This document shows, piece by piece, positions 50,949 through 64,000 of a stretch of 64,000 nt of DNA. The DNA is taken from the NCBI GenBank assembly GCA_009914755.4, contig CP068257.2, forward strand, positions 34,752,001 through 34,816,000. The letters are read 5' to 3'. The first letter of the stretch is position 1; each line of letters opens with the position of its first letter. Position numbers and translations under genes: made by a program. The notes under the pieces were generated by a model. That model made no database searches and was not told where the DNA came from. It saw nothing but the letters and a program-made list of their open reading frames with translations. The stretch comes from the human T2T-CHM13v2.0 reference genome, Homo sapiens.

Positions 50949-51794
50949 TCAAGAAATGTCTATCAAATATCCTCTGGGTACCAGAGGACACCTCAGGAAC
51001 AAACCAGACAAAAGCCACCACCCTCTTGGGGCCTACATCCTGGCTTGGGGAGACCAACATAAGTAAATACAGGGAAAACAGAGTGGTGAGGCGCCCTGGG
51101 AGAGCTGGGTTGGAGACTGGGTTGTAGCCTGGAGTGAGAAGGGCCGAGCCGAGAAGGTCGAGAGGCAACGCAAGAGAGAACGGAAAGTGATCGGATGGGG
51201 CGTTCTAGATTTTTCTAGGAGCAGGATATCCTTGTCATCTAGGGTACCCGGTGTGTTCTCTGGGCAGGCTGGGTGTTTTGGGGTCCCCCACTGCTTCCCC
51301 ACTTGGCATGAATCCCCATTTTGTCTGGAGTTGCCCTGTTCGTCACCCGGCCTCCCTGTCACCCTCCCCTTGGGAGTCGACCCCACGCCTGCCTGTGCGC
51401 AGCCTCTGGGGATGCAGTTGGGTGGTCCTCCGTCTCTGGCCTGGCCCTTTTGTCCCAGATCGAAGGCAGAACCACGTGTCATCTAGCTGTTACCTTCCAT
51501 GTCCTGCTTTTAGCAAATTCTGTGGTGGTTTTAAGCACTCAGTTGTGAGAGGTGGTGGTTGTGGAGGGCACTTTCTTCTGCTGGCCCCTGTACCTTATGT
51601 CCTGCCTTAGCGTAGACAAGGTCAGCATGGAGGGGAAAATATTTCCACTGATGTGGGTCCCCTGCAGAGAGGGCTGTTTTTCCCTCAAGTTTCAGTTCTG
51701 AGTGATGGCGTGAAGCAACAGGTGTTGCCCCTTTCAAAGAGTCTGTAACAAATTTGTAGCAATGATTATACAGAGGGGGTAATAGACTGGCCCT

Positions 51795-52354
<560 letters not shown>

Positions 52355-54207
52355 AGCCTCTGTTTTCTTAATACCCAGAACAACCTGATGTCTCCTTCCG
52401 TCATCAAATATTATCTATAAAAGCCATTTCAAGTGTCATCACAGATTCTTTCTTTGAAATCACTCTGGTCTCTGTTCCTGGTCAGAGCCCTTGGTGAGTC
52501 TGTATAGTCTGGGATGAAGTGAGGGCTGGTGTCAGCCCCTCCTGCTCCAGGTCTTCTCTTCCCTCGAGTTCCTCCTTGTCTCCTCCGGCCCTCTGAGTCT
52601 GTGGAGCTGGCTGTGCTCAAAAGCAAAACAAAAGAACATCACCTCAAGCCTGGGCTTTGTCCAGATCCGGAGTCAGCCTCTGCAAGTGAGCCGGACACAT
52701 GCAATTTCCAAAGCTCAGGAGACTCCAGGCCCTCAGCGTAGGGAACCCCCGATGGGGGAGATTGGGAAGTCTGGAAAATTTGAAGGGGAATGGAATACTT
52801 GGAGCTCAGCCATTTCATGACAAGCATCCATATTCCACGACCCAAGAGGCTGAGTGTTGGGGAAAAGTCACCCCCCATGCCGGTGTCATTCTGCTTTCAC
52901 GTGACAGTTACAGGAAGGAGTAAATGCCCTGTGACTGCCGCCACCCCCAAAGCAAGGAACTCGGGTTCCTAACAGGCCGGGCACTTGCGGAAGCCACTAG
53001 GGGGCGGTATTGCTAATCCTTCTCTCCTACTTGCCCCAAAGAGTCCTGTCCCTGTCTCCTTCCCGGGCCCAGGTCTCTTGTCCCTGCTCTCTGTGGGGCT
53101 CTGCTGTTGGAAACTGCTGTGAATTCCCTGGCGGCCCCTTATCAGATAGGCAGCTGTTCCCGTGACTGTCCCATCCAGAGTCCGACCATGCCTCCAGGAC
53201 TGACATGTCTGCTGGTTGTCGTTGACACCAGAGGCATTTGAGTTGTTTGTCCTTTTGATTTCCACAGAATCCTCGATATTCAAGGCCGCCTTAGACGTGG
53301 CCTGTCTCCTAATCCTTGATGTCACTGGGCCACTGCCCCGCCACATTGCCTGGCTGGCCAGGTGGCCTGCCCACCCCCTAGCAGCAGCTCTCTCCCCACG
53401 GCCCCTGCACCAGAGGTGCGTTTTGATCGCCTCCTTTCCACCCTGTTGGTGAGGGAGGGATTCCCACACTGGGGTTTCGGGATGGTCAAACACAGCATCC
53501 AACACGGGACACCTGAGGTGCACAGCTGTTTGCTAGTCGCATCACTCACAGCTTGGGAGGGGGAGTACTCCGTCCAGGCAGGGCCACACGGGGCAGCACT
53601 CGAGGGCAGAGTGAACCGCAGGGGTGGTGGGCAGCCGGCTTTGCAGTAACAAGAGGACGGGGTCCCCCTGGTTCCCACAGGAGGATGTGATGGGCTCATG
53701 TGACTAATTCCTGGGGTGGTTGGGAAGTGAAGCCTGCTGCTCAGGGATAAACAGGAGATGCGCCTGGGGCCATGATAAGGCCCGGCTGGAGAGTGGGGAG
53801 GGGAGCTTGCAGTTAAGCCATTCAAGGCCCTTCCAGTTTTAGAGGCCAGGCAGCACCTAATATTAGCGTTAGACCTTAAACCAGGCGGGTGGGTGGAAGG
53901 CTGGCAAGGGAGTTGTCCTTGTTGGTGGCAGGGGACCTTAGGCCAGCGAGCCAAGTGACTGTCAGCTTCTCCCCCAAGTTGGGGCTGCCGGAGTGTGTGG
54001 GATGGTGAGAAAGGGGGTGTGGGAGGTGAGAGTGGAAAACCATGGACTTTGGAGCTAGAAGAGGGGCTTAGTTCTGTCTTAAGCAATAAATTGCCGTGGG
54101 TCTTTGCACATTTCACTTCACCGACCTTGGCCTCCATTTTCCTCTCTGTAAAATGGGGATGCAGCATATGCCTGACGGTGTTTGAAAGGATTACCTGAGA
54201 CAGGTAG

Positions 54208-54506
<299 letters not shown>

Positions 54507-55685
54507 CTAGCTTCCTCTTAAGTTGAGAGTTCTGTTTTCTCACAAGAGAAATGTAGATTTCTGGAGAGATACTTAACCACTATCAGTCACGGTTCTACAG
54601 GATGTGTGTAGAGAGATTTACTCTAAGGAACAGGCCCATGCGATTGTTGGGGCTGACAAATCCAAATCAACAGCGTGGACTGGCAGCCTGGAGACCCCTG
54701 AGAGCCAGCAGTGCAGAGGAAGGCCAAGGCCATCTGCTGGAGAGTCCCCTCTTGCTCAGGGAAGGTCAACTTTTGTTCTAGTCAGTGCTTCAACAGATTG
54801 AGTGAGGCCCACCCACATTATAAAGGGCAATCTGCTTCCTCAGAGTTCATGAATCTAAGTGTTAATTTCTCCAAAACACTCTCCAAGTTGACACACAAAA
54901 TCAACCTGCACCCAGGCCAGCACTAGGAATTGGGAATTGAGAACGTGTGTGGCCTGGTGGGCTGACCAACAGTCTAGACTCCAAACAGCCGTGGGTCTGG
55001 ATCCTTAATCCGTGGCTAACCTGGCCTCCCAGACATTTAGTACAATACCCTCTCTCCCTCCAAATTTTCTCATCTACAAAATGAGAATACTCTGAGGATA
55101 TCAATCAAATATCATACTCTGATAACCTCTCATAACAATTCAGGAACTATTCAAACAGGGTTAAGCTGGTTCCTTCCCTGTGAGCAGGAACAACCCAAAG
55201 AATTTGTGAGTTAATACGTAGCTGAATCCAGCACAACACAGGTTCTCAGCCATCACATGGTTTAAAGGCTACAGACTCCCAGCCAGTGTGCCCGGGCTTG
55301 GATCCTGGCTCTGCCAATTGCTGTGTGACCAAGGGTGTGTTGCTTAACCTCGCTGAGCCTTGCTTTTTTCATCTGTAAAATGACACGACAGAGAGCCCTG
55401 GGCTCGAGGCCTTGCAGTGCAGATTAAATGAGAGACCCTGTGTGGAGTGCCTGGTGTTGGTGTCCCTTGTGGTGAGCCTCAGAACCCGTCAGCCAGGGCT
55501 ACTCCTTTCCAGACCCCGTCACTGTCGCCACTGACCCCCTCATGGGCACACATGCTACAGGGGTTTCAGTCCAAACCAATGCTTTTGGGCCCCAGCTCAT
55601 ATTGCTCTTCCTAGTAGACCTTGCCCTGTCAAAAGCTATCAAATTAACATCTCAAAAGCCCTCCATGGACGCAGTGACGAGAGCC

Positions 55686-55810
55686 TGTGGTCCCAGCTAC
55701 TCAGGAGGCTGAGCCCAGGAGTTCAAGGCTGCAGTGAGCTATGGTCATGCCACTGCGCTCAAACTTGGGCAACATAGTGAGACTCCATTTCTTTAAAAAA
55801 AAAAAAAAGC
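55686..55810 (+). mobile_element. Partial Alu (sense, 3' arm).
   Basis: CCTGTGGTCCCAGCTACTCAGGAGGCTGAGCCCAGGAGTTCAAGGCTGCAGTGAGCTATGGTCATGCCACTGCGCTC...poly(A). Confidence 0.8.
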
Positions 55811-56255
55811 CCTTTGCTCTTGGGTTTCTTGCTATTGAGAAGCAGATGTTGGGAAGAAAGTCCCCTTTGGGGGACGGTGGGATTCGTACTGTTCACCAAC
55901 AAAGGAGCAGCTGCCTATGGTGGGCTGGTGGCCCTGGACCACCCTGAGGGATGAGTGAGATGCACATTCTCAAGCTGCAGTCATTACACCATCCCCCGAC
56001 CCACCACGGCTGGCTTTGACACCCACCAGAGAAGCCCAGGCCAGAGCAGCCTCCAGGGGAGCTGACTCAGGCAGGGTGGGAGCCGTGAACCAGAGGCAGC
56101 TGCAGAAACGTCCAGTGATGTAAGGCGGACGAGGCTGCTATGTGTGGCACGGCTTCTACAGCTGACAATGCTGAGTGAGGCTCTCATGCACACAGTTGCA
56201 AAAAGGCCTTTAAAACAGCCACTATGTAGAAACAAGCATTTAAAAAACACAGCAA

Positions 56256-56566
<311 letters not shown>

Positions 56567-56589
56567 CTATCCACCAAGCCAGTGTGAAA

Positions 56590-57690
<1,101 letters not shown>

Positions 57691-58237
57691 GCTGGAAGAT
57701 GGACAGCAGTTTCACAACATATAGTGGCTAATCCCAAGCCAGGAAGAAACCACTGTAATTGCAGAAATGCAGCATGTCCTTGGAACTGTCCTCATCTGGC
57801 TAGGCATGGCCCCTCTGAAGGTTCCTTTGCCTTGGCTGGTGGTGGCTGGAGGAGAGGAGGCGATGGCGTGTGGGCAGCCAGAGGGGCTGCTGAAGTTAGC
57901 CGCACGGCACCAGCATTAGCTCCCAGATCCTCACACAGTTCTTGGAGGTATGAGGAAACCGAGGCACAGGGAGCATAAGAAACTTGCTCATAGTCTTAAA
58001 CTTGCAGGTAGTAACTGACTGGGAGCTAGCTGGCTCCAAAGCCTGTGGTCCCACCCACTCTGATACCTGGCTGGAATCCCATCTTTACCTGGGGAACGTG
58101 GGAACATAGCGAGCCAGAACCTGGGTTTCCCAGGGCATAGGAGAAGCTCCAGGAGCTCAAGTGAAGCTGGACCAAACTCACTCCATCCCTCCTCGAGGAT
58201 GGATTTTTCTTTCACTAGTAAAAGGGTGAAAAGATGC

Positions 58238-58334
58238 ACTTTGGGAGGGTGAAGTGGGAGGATCACTTGGTCCCAGGAGTTTGAGATCAGCCTGGGCAAC
58301 ATAGCAAGACCCCATCTCAAAAAAAAAAAAAAGA
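58238..58334 (+). mobile_element. Free left Alu monomer-like fragment (sense) with a poly(A).
   Basis: GCACTTTGGGAGGGTGAAGTGGGAGGATCACTTGGTCCCAGGAGTTTGAGATCAGCCTGGGCAACATAGCAAGACCCCATCTCAAAAAAAAAAAAAG. Confidence 0.75.
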
Positions 58335-58522
58335 ATGAAAAGACTTGCCACCTGACAGTCCGGTGAAGGTGGCAGGCATCTGGCTTATCTTTTCTGAGCT
58401 CAGCTCTACCATGAGAGGTTGGACTGGGTCACTCCAACCCACAGGGGACCATGGAGACAGCTTGTGAGAGAGCCCTAGAGTAGAAGGGAAGATGAGGGAT
58501 TTTGAGGTGGAGGCTTCAGTGA

Positions 58523-58952
<430 letters not shown>

Positions 58953-59258
58953 CTATTTTTATTTTTTAATTTTTTTGAGATGGAGTCTTGCTCTGTTGCC
59001 CAGGCTGGAGTGCAGTGGCATAATCTCAGCTCACTGCAACCTCCACCTCCTGGGTTCAAGGGATTCTCATGCCTCACCCCCCCCCACCCCCAAATAGCTG
59101 GGATTACAGACGCATCCCACCACACCCAGCTAATTTTTGTATTTTTAGTAGAGATCACCATGTTGGCTAGGCTGGTCTCGAACTCCTGACCTCAGGTGAC
59201 CTGCCCACCTTGGCCTCTCAAACTGTTCGGATTACAGGTGTGAGCCACCGTGCCCAGC
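58953..59258 (-). mobile_element. Alu (antisense) with an internal C-rich expansion. The pair 58632-59258 is flanked by GGACCTATTTTTA.
   Basis: GAGATGGAGTCTTGCTCTGTTGCCCAGGCTGGAGTGCAGTGGCATAATC...GCCACCGTGCCCAGCC. GGACCTATTTTTA occurs at 58626-58638 and 59259-59271. Confidence 0.9.
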
Positions 59259-60159
59259 CGGACCTATTTTTAAAAGCATGTTTATATAAGGCTGACTTGA
59301 GGGATGACATTTAAGCCAGTAGAGGCTTGAAATACAAAGAGAAGTGGAGGCGGGCATTTCAGGCACAGGAAATAGCCAGAAGGCCTTGAAATGGGAAGAC
59401 CTGGCCTATTTGAGGAACAGACAGACAGACACTCGTGTGGCTGGAGCTTTGTGCGGCAGCAGGCAGAGAGTGTGTGCTGAGGACAGACGGGAGTCGAGTG
59501 TATTCACAGCACACAGGGGACTCCTCATCTGCATTTTAGAAAGAGCTCTCTGGATGCCATGTGGGCAATGAACTGTGGACAGAATCCTAGCCAGGCAGTG
59601 ACTGCAATAGTCCAGACAGCGGGGACGGACCTGGGCCAGATGCTGGCTTGCAGGGTGGAGGGATAGGCGCATTTGAGGGGTGTTTTGGAGCTCAAGATGG
59701 CAGTCATGACTTTGCTGATGATGTGAAATTTTAGGACTGTGTTATTGGAGAGGCCTTAGAGATTTGAATTTTACAGCCAGAAGCAGCCAACCCAGTGGGA
59801 TTGCCCATGTCTGCCCAGTTTCCCTGAACTCCCCTTCTGGGTGAAGAAGGGACGGCGGCCTGGGAAGGGTAGGTGCTTGTGTTGATCTGTCCAAGGAGCA
59901 GACACCAAATTCGCTTTCAAGGAAGTGGAGCCCAGGGCTGGGCTATTTTCCTCTTTTCCACAAGGGACACTTTTCACATAACCCACCCTCCTTCCAACAC
60001 AGGGATACCGTTCACTCCATCGTGCTTCGTCTCACTCAGCCTCAGCTTGAAGCCCTCTGGCAACGGGGAGCTCATCACTTTGTGAGCTCAGCCCTAGACA
60101 CTTTTCCCAGTCAGCCCTAGGCAGGCACCTCCTCCACATGTGGAATCAAAACCCAGCTC

Positions 60160-60445
60160 TTTGGTCAGGCGCGGTGGCGCACGCCTGTAATCCCAGCACT
60201 TTGGGGGGCCAGGGCAGGCAGACTGCTTGAGCCCAGGAGTTCAAGACCAGCCTGGACAACATGGTGAAACCCTGTCTCTACAAATTACAAAAAATTAGCC
60301 AGATGTGGTGGCACGTGCCTGTAGTCCCAGCTTCTCAGGAGGCTAAGGTGGGAGGATCATCTGAGCCCAGCGAGGTTGAGGCTGCAGTGAGCCGAGATCG
60401 CACCACTGTGCTGCAGCCTGGGCAACAGAGTGAGAACAAAACCCC
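60160..60445 (+). mobile_element. Alu (sense), almost no A-tail. TSD AAAACCCAGCTCT.
   Basis: GGTCAGGCGCGGTGGCGCACGCC...CAACAGAGTGAGAACAAAACCCC. TSD copies at 60141-60153 and 60439-60451. Confidence 0.9.
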
Positions 60446-61019
60446 AGCTCTAGGTGTGCCCTCGGCCCCTCCAGGCAGCCTGTGTCCTCTCCCCAGGATT
60501 TAAGATCATGCCGCTCTTGTTTTGGGCTTTTTCAGGACAGTTAACTCTTAGGAAGAAGGGACCTCCAAACCTCTAAGTCGCCAAACCACCGCACCGCCCT
60601 GGGTGGAAGAAACCGCTTCGGCAGCAGAGGAAACAGCAGCTTCGCAGAGCAGCCTGGCCCGAGTGGCTACACCGGGTCTGTCTGGTCTCAGCTCTGGCCT
60701 CTGAGTCATTAGCGTTGTTTTCTTCTGAGGCCAGGGCTTCAGATTAGTCAGGGGCTCCTGTTTCCTGGCTGATAAAGCAGGTGGAAGAAACACAATCTGG
60801 CCGCCTAGAGGCTGCGTGAAGCTCGTGACCCTGCGGGGTGACTAACGGAGCTCAGCTGGGTGGGACCAGAAACCACGTCTGGGCACTCCTGAGTCACAGG
60901 CTCAGAAGCTTTCGCCTCCGCCTTCAGACTGGCCCTCAGGCTTCCCTGCTCAGAGGCAGGGAATTGTGCAGCTGGAGTTTCATTTTCCAAGGTAACGTAG
61001 GGTTTTTATACTGTGCTAA

Positions 61020-61337
<318 letters not shown>

Positions 61338-61642
61338 TGAATTATGTACTCCCAAAAAGATACTTGAAGTCCTAACCACCAGTACCTCAGCATGTAATGT
61401 TATTTGGAAATAAGGAGGGTCTTTACAGATGTAATCAACTTAAAATGTCACACCCTAAAGCAGTATGACTTGTGTCCTTCTAAAACAGGGAGATGTGGAC
61501 ACACGTAGACATGTATGGAGGGAGGATGTTGTGGACACCCAGGGAGAAGGTGGCACCAACAAGCCAGGTACGCCAAAAGCTGGGAGAGCCTGGAACAGAT
61601 CCTTCCCTTGTGGAAGGAGCCAACTCAGCCAAGACCTTGATA

Positions 61643-61952
61643 TCGGTTTTGTTTTGTTTTGTTTCTCAAGACGGAGTCTGGCTCTGTTGCCCATGCTGGA
61701 GTGCAATGGTGTGATCTCATCTCACTGCAACCTCCACCCTCCAGGTTCAAGCAATTCTCCTGCCTCAGCCTTCTGAGTAGCTGGGATTACAGGCACCTGC
61801 CACCACACCTGGGTAGTTTTTTGTATTTTTAGTAGAGACAGGGTTTCACCATGTTGGCCAGGCTGGTCTCCAACTCCTGACCTCAAGTGATCTGCCTGCC
61901 TTGGCCTCCCAAAGTGGTGGGATTACAGGCATGATCCATTGTGCCTGCCAAG
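61643..61952 (-). mobile_element. Alu (antisense) inserted into an older interspersed repeat. TSD CAAGACCTTGAT.
   Basis: TSD copies at 61627-61638 and 61950-61961. (GTTTT)n head, GACGGAGTCTGGCTCTGTTGCCCATGCTGGAGTGCAATGGTGTG. Confidence 0.9.
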
Positions 61953-62059
61953 ACCTTGATTTTGGACTTCCCACCTGCAGAACTGGGAGACAGCATGTTT
62001 CTTTGTCTAAGCCACTAAGTTTGTGGTGCTTTGTTACGGCAGTCCTAAGAAACCAATTC

Positions 62060-62920
<861 letters not shown>

Positions 62921-64000
62921 CCTCTTCCTCTTATTTGTATTTAAGTCCCCAGTGCACAGCGCCCTGTCTGGTTTGCTCAGTCACTCTGTTTGGATGTGTG
63001 AGTGGATGGAAAGCCCTGGCCTTGGGCTTCCCCACCGCTTTCATTCAGTGTAGCCGGTTCATTAGGAACGTTACAGCAGCCCCATCCCATTGCTTCTCAG
63101 TGGGCTTAGAATAAACCTGAATTCCTCACACAGTCGTCATGGTGGCTCCCCCGCTCCCCAGCCACTTCACTTCTTACTATTCCCCTCTCATGATCAAGGG
63201 AGACCATGAAATATAGTGTGCACATGGGGATATTTTTGAAAGATACACGAGGACAACAGACATCCACTGGGACTGTCTTAAGTACACCAGGAGGGGAGGT
63301 CAGCCTGGCCATTGCTCTCAGCCACACTGGCCCTAGTCTGTCCTTGAGCGTATCAGCTCTTGCCCGTGTGGGGCTTTGCACAGGCTGCCCTGGAGCCTGG
63401 ATGGCTGTTCTCTTGCTTTTCTCCCTTCTGGCTCTTTCCTGGCCTGCGGGTTTCACCTCCAGCGTCTCCTTCTCAGGATGCCTCTGCCAACATGCCTGTC
63501 TAGGGGAGACCTACTCTGTCACCCTCTCACTACTCCTTGCCTATTTTTTTTCATAGCATGGATCACAGTTTAGGATGATCAGTTCATTGCTTACCTGCTT
63601 TTTGTCTGCTTACTCTAGACTATTTATTTTTTATTTGAAACGGAATGGAACCAGCATGTTGCCCAGTGCCTGACAAAGTTAGATGACAAATCAATAGCTG
63701 TTGAAGGGATGAGTTACTCATAATGGTAAGAAAGGCACTGTCGTGTGGCTGTACAGATGACAGCTGGGAACTGATCAAACTTGTCTGAAGATCCACATTC
63801 TGTGAAGAGCAAACTCGCAAGCTGGAAAATATTAAACCAATGAGCAACGTTTGGCTCTCAAATTGTACTTTAACCAGGGCATGGGTTGGAATCATTGTCA
63901 ATGGTGGTCATTTCTCCCTTAAGCTGTTGTGAAAATGGGTTTTTACAGCTCCTGGCTTCTTTCTTGTAGTTACTCATCCCCCCCCACTGCCATTCACTAC

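Noticed and set aside
53322-54167. 281-aa minus-strand ORF (MLHPHFTERKMEAKVGEVKCAKTHG...), the longest ORF in the window outside the known genes.
   Set aside because: P/S/G-rich low-complexity product with no recognisable domain. It overlaps other open frames on the opposite strand. It has no flanking splice or poly(A) architecture or promoter CpG island. This is typical of GC-rich non-coding DNA. Kept only as a low-interest finding pending a BLASTX or conservation check.

Overview
This window is primate (human-type) nuclear genomic DNA, not a prokaryotic or accessory-element region. Splice-site-defined exons on the + strand reconstruct two adjacent genes of human chr21q22.13. First, the last three coding exons and the 3' UTR of a MORC3-like coiled-coil protein (1..~7222). 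Second, after an ~8.7 kb intergenic spacer, the complete CHAF1B gene (chromatin assembly factor 1 p60 subunit): a CpG-island promoter, a non-coding exon 1, and 13 coding exons with canonical GT/AG junctions. The spliced CDS is exactly 1680 nt (559 aa, [10 protein letters not shown]...GTESLDP*). Every boundary was read directly from the sequence with continuous frame. The remaining ~16 kb (47.6-64 kb) is intergenic. The window is extremely Alu-dense: about 80 Alu copies, roughly one third of all bases, many with readable target-site duplications. It also contains one ~1.35 kb SVA retrotransposon with a perfect 12-bp TSD, old L1 and MaLR/THE1-like LTR fragments, and several micro/minisatellites. 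I found no evidence of a novel defence or mobile system in the prokaryotic sense. The ORF-track entries outside the annotated exons are almost all Alu-, SVA-, CpG-island- or microsatellite-derived artefacts. The points worth a second look are structural and regulatory. These are the antisense SVA in CHAF1B intron 4, a 3:1 antisense Alu bias inside CHAF1B, a 543-bp intron that is ~80% antisense Alu dimer, inverted Alu pairs near exons and in a possible distal 3' UTR with alternative polyadenylation signals, a promoter built from a repeated 12-mer flanked by inverted GC boxes with E2F-like sites, and a (GT)n(GC)n Z-DNA-prone tract.
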